From: Glycera tridactyla
Lineage: Eukaryota
Length of the DNA: 64,000 bases
Direction of reading: 5' to 3'
Assembly: GCA_965644265.1 (NCBI GenBank)
Contig: OZ286464.1
Coordinates: 30,070,001 to 30,134,000 of the forward strand
Below the pieces are notes generated by a model. The model searched no databases. It was not told the origin of the DNA and saw nothing but the letters and a program-made list of their open reading frames with translations. The position numbers and the translations under genes are program-made. Positions 25,741-38,452 of this stretch are shown here, piece by piece. Each line of letters begins with the position of its first letter. The first letter of the stretch is position 1.

Positions 25741-26235
25741 GACCCATGAGTTATGGTAGGAAGAGAAGCAGATGAACCATGAGTTATGGTAGGAAGAGAA
25801 GCAGATGACCCATGAGTTATGGTAGGAAGAGAAGCAGGTGACCCATGAGTTATGGTAGGAAGTGAAGCAGATGACCCATGAGTTATGGTAGGAAGAGAAG
25901 CAGATGAACCATGAGTTATGGTAGTGAGAGAAGCAGATGACCCATGAGTTATGGTAGGAAGTGAAGCAGATGACCCATGAGTTATGGTAGGAAGTGAAGC
26001 AGATGACCCATGAGTTATGGTAAGAAGTGAAGCAGATGACCCATGAGTTATGGTAGGAAGAGAAGCAGATGAACCATGAGTTATGGTAGTGAGAGAAGCA
26101 GATGACCCATGAGTTATGGTAGGAAGTGAAGCAGATGACCCATGAGTTATGGTAGGAAGAGTAGCAGATGGCCCATGAGTTATGGTAGGAAGAGTAGCAG
26201 ATGGTCCATGAGTTATGGTAGGAAGAGAAGCAGAT
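25741..26235. repeat. 33-bp minisatellite, about 15 copies
   Basis: Unit gacccatgagttatggtaggaagagaagcagat; highly homogeneous with sharp edges. Confidence 0.95.
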
Positions 26236-27860
26236 GGTCCGTCAACACTTCAAATCACGCCGACCGCTGAGCTTTGGAATGAAGGTGAAGGAAAGATGTA
26301 GCTACTTTATGAATCACCAACATACGAATATGGCAAGAATATGGAATTGGCCATGTGATGAGGATATAATACAAATGTAGAATATAATGCAAATGTACTC
26401 GTTTTCCGAATCAAACAACTCGCGAAAGAAACCAGAGAATCAGTATCGATAGAGCTTGGCTGCTATAAAGGGTGAAATAAATATGGATATCACGTTGTCG
26501 AGGTTTTGACGTAAATAAGATCGGATAGTATCTGAATATTTCGGGAGGTGAAAAAGCAGAAACACGTTTCACCCACTGAGGAAACAGTGTAGATGCTTGT
26601 AGAAACATGCTCCGAGTCACTAATGAAGAAAAACTATCAAGCATCATGCAACTGATATTTTTCTGAAGCAAAACAATGGCTGAAAACCAGGAAGTAAAAT
26701 CAGTATGAAAGTTGTTCGCGGATGCATTAGCACCAGATAATCGAACTGTCAGCGATGATAAATTGAAAACAGTATACTGTATGTGAATGGGAGCCCTGGT
26801 GGTAACCTATCCCGATTCTGGGGACTGCATCACCGCATGACGTCACTATATGAAAACTCTATGGTCAATCTTTCAAAAAAGCCTACCTATGATGCTAGGA
26901 GCGGAGGATGGGGGAGTATATTTCAAATACAAAAACATAGTTTGATATTGTTAATGACATATTTTAAAGAGTGTGTATATTCGTTTCAGTTGAGATGTTG
27001 GTCCAATATTACAACCAATATTACAACAAAACTCTCTTTGAAAGCCTACGATCGCACCAAAAATACTCATCTTCTGGGTTAGCACACATTGAGGGCAGGA
27101 TTCGTTACGGTACTCCGCTAATTATAAATCATTCTTGTTGCATTATGGTCAGGGTCTCCAAGTTCTATATACGTCAGAAGATGCATTGAATTTCACAAAG
27201 TGGTGTGATATTGGAAATCTGTTGTCGTATCTAATATGTTTCCATCATCTATTACCACTATTCAATCCATATACATCACTCTTATTATCATTTTAGCGAA
27301 ATAGATAATTGATTCAGTGGAGAATGTGAAGTCTTGGTAATCAATGACTTGAAATGACTCGTGTTTGACGAGATTGCTGACCTGTTGGATCCCTTCAAGG
27401 AATGTCCGGCTTTGCAATAAACTAGGGAGGGCAAATAATTCACTTGGATTAATTTATGCAATCTAATTAGGGGTCAACGCATGCTATTAGAGCCCAATAG
27501 ACGCTCCGCATCTTACAATGCCATAGAATAGCTCGGTCTGGGCATTGACTTTCATCAGAGATGTCCTCTCTGTAATATATTTGAGAGAACACATGGCCTA
27601 TGACCGCCATCAAGGATGCCCACTGCTGTGATATACTGAATGGAGCGAATGGTTTACTAGTATTGCATCTACTCAATCTACTCCGATGTTCTGGCAGCTG
27701 AGTATATTGCAATGGACACACTGCATCTCACGTCCTCATACATAAGCTTCACCTAATTCCCCCTACATACAGACTATGATTTTACGATCAGAATCATTGT
27801 TACATATATATGATAATAAATCCAAGCTTCATTCTGGCTGACTTGATCACCCTAGTTATG

Positions 27861-27883
27861 GTTGTCTAGGCAACCATGGAAAC
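27861..27883. promoter_or_regulatory. Two overlapping RFX X-box-like motifs
   Basis: GTTGTCTAGGCAAC (27861-27874) overlapping CAACCATGGAAAC (27871-27883); motif match only. Confidence 0.4.
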
Positions 27884-28399
27884 AGCAGATTTACACTCAG
27901 AGTGATATGTTTGTCTCTGGCGTTCCCTATTCATGGTGTATTGATGGAATCATCTGGCACAGAAATGTATGTCACTATATTTGTGTGGTGATGTGATGGA
28001 GTGGAGCAGGGGATTGAGTGAAGATGGCATGGAATGGGGATAGGATGAAATGGAGTTGCTTGGGTGGTTCAACGTCAGGAGGAGATGATCAGAGTTGGAA
28101 AAGTCGGAATGAAGAAGAGGTGGGGGGGGGGGCGGTGTTTTGATTGATCGATTGAGTATTGTATAACGTCCTCTAGACACCAAATGGGTCATTTCGGACA
28201 AGAGATTTCTATTGTACTATGGAATTACTCTTCTATACAAATCATCGTATTCAGGAAGTAATGTGTGAAAACAAATCTTGGATTGAAAGAAAACCCAATA
28301 AAAAATGTATTTTTATTCTCTAATTTTTCAAATCTTTTTCATTGTTTTTTCAGTTTTCCTTCATAGAAAATAAAGCAATAGCTTAAGAAAGGAGCACAA

Positions 28400-28830
28400 T
28401 TGCCAGGGAACTTTCCCTTCCCTTATCGAATGAGAGAGGAGGAGGCATTGTGGAGTTGGAATGGACAGGATGCAGTCGAGACCGAATAGAAAGGAGTTGG
28501 GATGGAATGGAATGAGGATAGAAGTGAAAGGGAATGAAGTGTGGGCGAAATGGGGAGAAAGAATTAAGGAGTGGAGACGGAAGAAGTAAGGAGTGAAGAC
28601 GGAATAAAGTGGAGGAAGAAAGATGTGGTGACAGGATGGAGTGGAGTTTGGACGGAGTCAAGAGGGAATGTAGGGGAGTAGGGAAGGGATGGTATGGACT
28701 GGGATGAAGACGTAATGGATTGAAGAGAGTGCAGGAGGAATACGCGGGGATAAAATGGACTTGAGAGGAATGTGGTGAAAATAAAAATGAGTGGAGATTG
28801 AATAAAAGATACAACTGACCGTATACACGA
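28400..28830. repeat. Degenerate (GGAAT/GGAGT)n purine-rich array
   Basis: Recurrent ggaat/ggagt/gaagt pentamers. Confidence 0.7.
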
Positions 28831-29439
28831 TATAAGTGAAGAGAAACCTCAAGCTATATTTATATTCGAACTTTATTTACACTCCACATAATAATAAATG
28901 AATAACTGATTCATTCATGACAGTCAACAGTATCACACATAGAACTGATTTCAATTGATCAACAATTACAGTATAATCATGGTATCACACGCACACACGC
29001 ACACACTAAAGAAATACCTGAGCCTGGGTCATCGCCATATGCTGCTGTCAATCAACTCTTGTGTGAAACCCAAGTATACGCGATCGAACTTCGGTTTGTT
29101 GTTGTGTGCATGAAATGATTTCTCCAACTCCTCACTTCTTGTAGGGTCTATTTCACTTATCGTCAAGCTAATTATGGTGTTGGTGCACTCACTACTGTGA
29201 ATATAAGACCAATTGAAGGCACTTGTGCCATTCTGATCACAATGAATCCTTGATGAAACGGTCCCATACTTGTATCTTACTACGAGCGGAGCTAATACTC
29301 CCATCTCGAATATATTTACTCCGGCTGTTCGGTATTCGTGGCATGACAGCATTGATGGGAGGGGGGGGGGGGGTCATTGGTGGTGCTGTAGATACTGCTT
29401 TTGTTATTGTGCTTAGTCAACCCCATTACGAGGATGACA

Positions 29440-29513
29440 ATGGCGATGATGTTGACGATGACGACGACAAAAACAATGATAGTGATAATGGTGATGATGA
29501 TGTTGTTATTTTC

Positions 29514-29575
<62 letters not shown>

Positions 29576-29600
29576 CGATGGAAATGACTGATGATGATAA
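29440..29600. repeat. (GAT)n microsatellite
   Basis: Long gatgatgat run; explains the poly-D/M/I/S ORFs in the track. Confidence 0.95.
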
Positions 29601-30275
29601 AGTTGATGAGTGGGGGGGGGGGGCTGGTAGACAGGGAAAAGCATCAGCAGCGAGAATGGAGGGGGAAGAGAATAAAGGTGAATCATCTTCACATCTCTTT
29701 TTATCGAGGGATGTGGCAATCTGCACACATATATATTTGTGATCATAAGCAGTCTCTGTCATCCTCATCAACTATCTGTTATCTGCAGCCCCCAGGGTCT
29801 CAGCCACATGATGCATCTCACTGTAAAGGCAAAATAAAGTTCAAGAATGATACGTCTGGGTTAGTGAACATAGAGACCTAATATATATTGCAAACAATTA
29901 TTCAGAGAGGGGCGGCGAATGCATCACTTGGTAAAAGATAGAGTAGCCAATCTCTCAATCTCTCAATTTATCATTCGGTAGGCAGAATGACANNNNNNNN
30001 NNNNNNNNNNNNNNNNNNNNNNNNNNNNNNNNNNNNNNNNNNNNNNNNNNNNNNNNNNNNNNNNNNNNNNNNNNNNNNNNNNNNNNNNNNNNNNNNNNNN
30101 NNNNNNNNNNNNNNNNNNNNNNNNNNNNNGGAATAACATCCGGTACAGATGCTTTGGGGTAGGGGAGGAGATGTTGGAATAAGAGGGAGAATAAAGAGGA
30201 GAGAAAGGAGAGAGAGAAAGAGAGAGAGAGAAGATGGGGTAACATTCACAAGACAGCAGCATGCTGACCAGCAGT

Positions 30276-30817
30276 GGAAGTAATGTAGTTTACCGGGCGC
30301 TGTTTTTCCCGCAATATTTCGTCTATATAGCGCCGTGCAGCCTCGTTCTGGAATGAATGATGGCTCAGGAAAAGTAGGCAATTTTTCAATTTTTGGAGCA
30401 CACCAACAGAAAGATCGTAGAAAAGTATGGTCTACATGGTAGACCGTGAATCCAAAGGTGATTTGAATCAGGTGAGTGTGTGAAGAATGCTGGAGCTGTG
30501 AAGGTCCGATGTGATGGCATCCATTTTGTTTGGTGTGAAGTTTCAAGAATCCCCCAGGTAATCTCAATTTTTAATTTATCATTTACAATCTCATTCTAAC
30601 AAACATAAGAATTTATGGCATATTAGGGGGGGCTCTGCCCCCCCTAAAACCCCCCGTCTAATTAATTTTTTATCACAGCCAATGGACTGGGTGAATAAAT
30701 AAAACAAATTGTTTGGGGTATCTTGAAACCGTGTTATCACATGACAAACGTTATTTCACACGGTAATCTCGCCGTGTTTACAGGTCAACGCTGCGCCCGG
30801 TAAACTACATTCTACCC
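30276..30817. mobile_element. 542-bp MITE with 25-bp TIRs and an 8-bp TSD (Merlin-like termini)
   Basis: Left TIR ggaagtaatgtagtttaccgggcgc matches the reverse complement of 30793-30817 at 21/25 positions; TSD ccagcagt at 30268-30275 and 30818-30825. Confidence 0.85.
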
Positions 30818-33800
30818 CCAGCAGTATCTCATCCAATGTACTCCCCTCTCACATTTAATGGCTGCAGAAATGAGGTTTAGACCTTTCTGAAAAGTTTGAG
30901 ACTCATACAATATCTAAAAGAAAGGCCCTCAATCACCGGGATCTCATCCATTTGGCACTTTTCTCATACATGACGTTTGGTAGAACCAATCCATCCAGCA
31001 TCAGTGCAAATGTCTGCAACCGACTATGCTCATCACAGGCCCAAATACATCACTCATATGAACTCTCGATGTGTTGCCTATTTGACTTTGACTTGTATGA
31101 TGCAGCTTGAATAGTTATCATCAAGTGCTTGCTATTTTGGGCTTCTCAACCACTTCGGGATCCTTCATTGCTATGTATCCCCTTGAGGCCGTAGGGGAGA
31201 TGTTGTCCTGCTGATGAATGCTCCCCACGTGCTTCGATTCATGGTAGCGTCGATATGCAAGTATTGGAAATTCATAGATGCGGAACTAATTCGTTATCGA
31301 TACATCTATGCAGTAACTGAGTACATGTTGGAAATTATCAAAAAAAAAACACGGATCATGCATGACACATGTAAGACCGTGAAACATTTGATGCTGACAT
31401 TCGAGGATGAAGACTATTTCTTCTCAACAAAACACACAGCTTGGAACATGAAAGGCCCATGCACTGAAACACTAGTAGTTTTGGTCACGTGATGTTATAT
31501 CTGAGGCGATCTTTCATTCATATTTTGCTCAAACTAATGATAACTGACTGTCTCGTTTATTCTCTTGGGGCCTTCTTTCAAATGTCTTATAGATATAGCA
31601 GTTGGCAAATAAGATCAACTTCAATCAGACTCAGGGCTATTCAAATTGGAAATTGAGGGTAGAATGGTGACAAGATTGCTGCATGTGCCCCAAATTTTGA
31701 ATCATCACACACGCCGCCCAGCACAATCCTTGAATTATATCAACGCCACCATGCATCTCTATCTGGATGGAATTCTTGATTGGCTTCATCACCGCCTACT
31801 ATTTAGGAACAGAAAAAGCCCGTAGAATGAGTATTTATGAGAGAGGCAGCGGGTGTGATATCTATACTAGGAGTTGAATATGATTGTCGTGTTAGACCCT
31901 GTTACCTGTTACATCACTTATATATGGATATGGCAAGATGACTGAGGCATCCCACAACACAGAACATTGTCTGCGGACACGATAAACAACTGCATCCCAC
32001 CCACTGAGGCACCGTCAAAGATGCCTGTTACACAATTACTCCATCATGGCTATGATAATTTCACTGAGCACCATGTGGCTGATATTTGTTGGTACATAAA
32101 CAGAAGCTGAGGTCCAAAACCTGAATTTCGAGTGAATATTGATAATAATCAAAACGATATATGATAATTAAAGCGGTGGAGCTACAGTGCCAGAAGTACT
32201 CCATGAATGACGTACTTCTCAAATGAAATTACATCAACAATATGCTCATTCTTCGAGCCCATTGCTGATTCACTATCCAGGCAAAGTATAGTTCTGATAT
32301 TGTTCTACTATGCTGAAGCAGTTTGGCCCACTGTATCGCTACTCGCCATCGACTAGTGTTGTTCAATACACTGTGACCTACATATAGTCATTGACCCAAT
32401 TATTGATTGATGGATTGAATGATGGTTGAACAACATTTATCACCCAAAAGATTTTGTATGCCGTGTGTTTCTGGTCAATGAAAGCTAGATGTTTTGTCCC
32501 CTGCATACATCACTCACACAAACCCAGAGCACAAGCTGATTAGGAATCTGGAAGGTTTTCGAGTGAAAGGAGCTGACGTTGGTCCAATGAATCTCATCAT
32601 ACAGCAGCCATAGCACATGCTTGATGTTCCTCTGTGAAGAGACCTAATGATCGAGGAAAAGCGCAGGTATATATGTCAACAATATACCATCCATATCTCA
32701 GTGACATACGCTGAATATTTGAGTATTTCTTCGCCGTTTGAAATTCAGAATTCATGATCATACTATAGAGAGATTATATCCCACCAGGTGGCACTTCCAT
32801 GCGCTTTCTCGAGGCCAGCGCCTGTACTCGTGGGATATGTCTTTTTTACTTGGATGATCATGACATTTTATTATAATATACACTTGTTTCATATAGTTTT
32901 ACAAAAACGAATGATTGGTGGTTGTTTGTATGGTGAGATCCCATATGGACCAGGCATCACCCAGCCAAATCACTGGTAGAGTATGGACATTGGCAATTGA
33001 CTGACATGAGAAGAACCCCAATTTAGCTGCACTTCTAAATATAAAGTATTCAATGACACATATCTCATTCTAATCCAGTATATTTGCTGCTGCACTTTTC
33101 TGGACACGTATTCTCTTGATGTCCGTATTAGGACTACATTTATGCAGTGTCCAAAGACACAAATCATGTAGACGGTGTACTTCATTCAAGGGGCATATGA
33201 CAATCTCCCCAAAATAAATGCACACACTGAAACATAATCACAATAATCCCAGAAAACAATTTCCGGCTCAGTTCTAGGCCGATACTAGACCCCATGCTGG
33301 ACCGAAATCAGGTGTGCGTTCGATTCATCAACATTCGCCCGACGTGAGATTATTCTTCATACAAATGACATCCTATGTTACATATATACATTAAAACCGA
33401 CATGTAATCAGTTAGTAGATATCTCACAGGTATAGACACATAGATGAGCATGTACAGGTACTGGATAGGTAATATATTCACACATCTATAAAGAACAACC
33501 ACTGGAAGAAACTAATACAAGGCCTCCTGAAACAACGTAATGCTAAGTCGTACCACACATACGCCATCATTCACGAGATATCAACTCGTGGGATATTGTA
33601 ACCGATATCAAATGAATATCGAATATATAGAAGTGCGAAATTAGAAGGTATAAACCAAACTGAGGACTGGAAGTTAGAGTCGATGATTTCTGAACATAAA
33701 CATGATATTCCTTGAGATTGGATTACATGGGTTTCGGAACAAGCTTTTCCCTCGTGAAGGCAAGTGACAATTCCACCCAGCAGGGTACAGATATCGTATT

Positions 33801-33899
33801 CGGTAGCTAGAGTTTTCGACTGTATTTGATTCGTCAGATGGACGACTACATCTACCAATGCAATATATAGGCAAACATCCGCCTCTCAGCTATCTCTAC

Positions 33900-34600
33900 T
33901 TCAGGCTAATAGCTATTCTTTTTCGAAAATAAGATTGCACTTCGGCCCTCCTGATCAATAATGCTGGCGCAGATAACACATTCCCTTTCTTTTGCAAAGC
34001 TGCCAACTCCACCAGTCAGCGTTATTTGGTTATACGTGGCATTCTATTCTGAATGTAATTGGTAGAGCATTTTCAACCAAATTCCAGCTACAGCTTTTGA
34101 ATCATATGTTTGTTGGATAATTGAAGGCTTATCCGCAGCACCTGTGCTATGCTGAGACGCCCATGCAGGCACCGAATAGTACAGGAACTCTCATCGGAAT
34201 GCTCGCCGGAGGCTGGGAGATTTTGAAGTTCGGATACCACCAATTGATTAGAAAATACCACCTTCATGGATTAATCGGCTCCCCCAGCGGGACATAATTA
34301 CTCAAATATTTTAGGAGTCTCATCGAAAAGAATGAGAAGTATTAGGAGCAAGTTATTTGCAATCACTCGGATCCACAACTCAACAACGTTGTATCTCAGT
34401 TGTGAGATGAGTTCCTGCAGGTTGTATGACAAATGAGAAGAGGTTAATCATTCAATTCCAGACCTGCCCCAATTACACGGATCAAATGATGTGCGGCTCT
34501 TACTCAGAAGGCAACTCCACGTGGAGGTGACTGAGTTGGAACTCCTATACCTCGCCACTATATGTGATGAATCAGTGAAACGCCCCAACTTCACAACATA
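33900..34600 (-). mobile_element. Decayed LINE RT C-terminal fragment
   Basis: LQELISQL..VELW..ANNLLL, then FLYYSVPAW and KPSIIQQ (LEYA.PVW / KLE.IQ-like). Confidence 0.45.
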
Positions 34601-37600
34601 CACAACCCAGGTGTGAACAGATACTCGCTTACCGGCACTGAGCATTTCCGTTCTGTGTTCTCGATCGTATACTGCCTAGGGGTGTGACAGGGGCTGTCAA
34701 GGTGGAATTACATCTGTATTTTTCTGATTCATTGACACTTTCTGTCTGTCGAGAGCAGAAAAGAGGATCAAGCAAGCTGCCAATTTCTTCTATGTCCGGG
34801 CATTTTCACTATAATGAACCGAATGATTGCCCACAGTTTGTACCCTCAAACACCATTGATAATGATTATGATTTCATACCACCAGGAGGTTCCTCAGGGA
34901 ACCCGACCCCTCATCAGGGGGCAAACCTTTGACACATACCAACTGAAAATGCAACTTTGCATCTGGATGTTGAATTCCAGAGGACAAATTAGTTAAATTT
35001 ATTGACGAGATTTTGCACGGAATGAGACCATGATATTCTTTTCTACTTGGTATCCACACAAAACAAGATATATTGCTACCTAATTTCCTATGGAAGATCA
35101 TACATATAGTTTGTTTTAGAGGCCGAAAGTCAGATAATACAAATACCATATACATTTCAGTACATATTTGCTTTGCGATTCCCAGGATTTCTACAATAAC
35201 CAAGAAATCTAGGTCACGGAACCATATGGGAATAAGTGAATCTTTCAGGATTTTAAAAGTGAGAAATTATGAGCGATTGCTCACAGCTCCCAACAATCTC
35301 ATGAAGAAATTGCAAGGACATATGAATTCATCTTTTCCAATTCTCTAAGGATACTTCATCCCACTCGAACCACTATTGTAATATCATTTAGTGAAAATGC
35401 GTTCCCCGTTTCCCGTTATATTGAAGAAAAAAAACATACAAAACTCCGAGCTTACATCCTCAAACCTATATGACGTCAAAGTAAATAAATCGGAAATGAG
35501 GCGCACGCCAAATGTGTAAACAAACAGTCCGCTGCAGACATGGTCAAAATCTGAAGTTGAGGTGGTGAACAGGGACACACTATCTATCTTCTCAGTGTAT
35601 TTGACATATCTACAAAAATCTATGCTATCGGAACTGAACGGAATAACTTCTAAAGTAATCATACTAATGTGTGCGTAAAGAACGACCTAAGAAACTTAGC
35701 AGAATTACCTATAATGAGATCACACTTCATCAGGACTGACAATATTCTGTTGTGACATCATCATTCAGACGATGACATCACAGCACACCGCATCGAACAA
35801 CATATACTCTATCATAGTCTTGTATCGGTGAACTCACTGATACCGCGTGTGCTATACCACAGTATTCAAGCGTATCAAGAAGTATCTCAATGATTCTGTT
35901 TAAACCGGCATGAGATGTGAACGCGTATGTATTGAATGATAACACGTTTTGAGGGAAATTTAGATTTCCGGGCTGTAGGTGGGATTAGAGTTGTATATCA
36001 TTTCAATATCTTGTAATGAATCACTACGGATTTATGGGTTGTAGCAGTCGACGATATCATATAACATATCCTAATGACAATGTTCGCAAGGCATTCAAAG
36101 CATACCCGACTCAGATATCCAAGTACCTGAATACACAACATGCCATCCTAGTTGTTTCTACTGGGCACTTGATCTAGTTTCCCACGATAGGATACAAACT
36201 GATCCTCTTGCTGAATTATTGTCTTGTAATACTCTAACATGGCGCATTGAGTATGGACTGTGAAGGCGGCAACAGTAGGGCAATTTCATTTGTTCATTCA
36301 GCGGTTTCATGAAAATTCTTCAAATGTGCGATGCCATGCAGAACGGTAACCCCCCAGTCCCAGCCCATTTGGTTAAGCATAGGATGCTTATTACTGGAGA
36401 AGTCTTTGACAGGCAAAATCTTCACAGTGGATACCACAACGGGATACACTATGAGCAGATGCAAAATCCGGGAGTTATTGTTGAGATGGGTTGAGATGGG
36501 TTGATCCTTAACGGCATGTATCAACCCAAAGAATAATGTATGCCATGTGTTCCTTGTCAATGAGAGCTAGCTAGTCCCCTGCATGCATCGCTTACTAAAA
36601 CCCTGATAAAAAGATGATGGAGGACCTTAAAGGCTGTCAAGGGGAAGTAGCTGACAGTTCAGACGCACCTCTAAGTCCTCAACATGAACATAATGAACCT
36701 GATGATGGTACTTCCGACTATGCAACTGGCTAGAAGCTGACACTCGAGCAAGGCTTTCTTTTTGACAAAGCGCAGCCCGGGAGAGATTTGTGTGGGTGTT
36801 GTGAGTGAAACGCATGCCAGAGGCCATTGTCCGGCTCAAAGCGATGATATCACAATTTAGGGTGTAGGCCTAGGCATCACACCCAGATATGGAAAAAAAC
36901 AACAACTAAGGTTTTGTCAGCATATTTCGAGTCCGAAAGAGGTGTATACAAAGAAACTGATATAATGTAGATGGACTCACTGTGCCTATTTTCCTTTCAG
37001 CCCCCCATCAATTCCACGGATATCTGTCCAAAAATAAAGTAATCATGGAAAAAACTTATTTCGGATGTGTCTCATTCACAGTATGACAACAACGTAAGAG
37101 GCTATGCTATCGGCTGTAAACAAGGTCACGTGATTATCACGTGACATCATGGGTCATATCACCAGATGGCAAATGATCACAGATTCTATGTACAAATACA
37201 AAACACACAGAGCTATGTACACTCGGACACTCAACTTTGTACAGATTCAATTCACCAGGTATATCTGTTCTATACAGTTCAGCGAGTGAGATCCTGGGTC
37301 ATTCATTGTCACCCTACCATGACATGATGTGACCTTGATCTTGATCTCGGGCCCTCTGCTCATGCTACTTTATCGGGTAGTATTCAGAATATATCTATGT
37401 ATATACAGGCAGTGTATGAGTTATACCATTCACTCAATCAGTTCAATAATTTTCTCAGACTCCATCCTAAGCATCATACAAAAAAGCTAACAAGTCTGCT
37501 TCCCCATGATTCCATGACGCGAAAAAGCAGTGATTATGTTTCTCTGACTGCCCCTAAAATTCACACCTAGGGCAAGAGCTTCAGTTCAAACTATCTCCTC

Positions 37601-38242
37601 TATGTCAACAAAAACCCGTTTGAAATTATGCGTGATCCGAACATCTCTCAGTGATTTGTAGGCTCGGTCCATCGTTCGGAATTTAAGATGCGATGCGAAG
37701 TTGTACTTGCTTACACGAAACGGAGGTGCTACCGGGGCATGAGCGACTCAACATGAACTAATTTCATCTGATATCAGACAATCATTTCACCCAGTCGAAT
37801 ATAAAAATAACGTGAGACTAGATCAGGAAAGAATAATTCTGACTAATAATTTGTAACTTCAAACTGGCAAAATAAAAACGCGAGCATGACTAGGAAGCGA
37901 AGCGCTGGGATAGTGTGGGAAAATGAACATCCGGTTATGGGCCAGCGCCCGTCGGTGGCTTGGCAGCCTCGATCAGAAATATCAGATGTTCGCTGGGCAG
38001 GTCTAAAATTTCCCACATGCCATGTTGGTCGAGAGCCCAGATGTGCGTTGAAATGATCCCTCCGCCCAGAGTTTCTGAGTTCCCGCGTTTCCCCGTAATT
38101 GACATCGATATAGTCCTAAATATGGTAGAACTCTTGGGATTTGCAGACTCTGTGCTCCATCACTCGGCGAGTACAAGACACCAGATGTAGTAGATTTGAG
38201 CAGAGGGGAGCCTGAGACAGAAGACGGGCTGTGAGTCCGCTC

Positions 38243-38452
38243 TCATAAGCTGGTTCCGTCCTTGAATTCGTCCAGATTGATAACGACGCGTTTCCCATTC
38301 ATACTCGGCGACGTCGGCGTACTGTCGGGTGGTTCGCCCTTCATGGCTGCCTCGGTCATGGCGCACAACTTGTACGATAAGTGGGGGTTGTTTAACTTCA
38401 TGTTCTTCTGCTTCAATACTTCAAGCTGCATATAAAGCCGCTTGAACTCCTC
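38243..38452 (-). CDS. GPR158-like (CG31760): GPCR last coding exon: EEFKRLYMQLEVLKQKNMKLNNPHL...DGTSL*
   Basis: Acceptor tttttttctatatcttcacag; 210 nt including TGA; resembles the GPR158 cytoplasmic coiled-coil segment ELKKLYAQLE...NNPHL. Confidence 0.92.
   Translation of the reverse strand, partial: EEFKRLYMQLEVLKQKNMKLNNPHLSYKLCAMTEAAMKGEPPDSTPTSPSMNGKRVVINLDEFKDGTSL

Noticed and set aside
36600-36850. Gag zinc-knuckle-like C..C...THARGHCPA
   Set aside because: Short, frame-broken, and with no adjacent pol or LTRs visible
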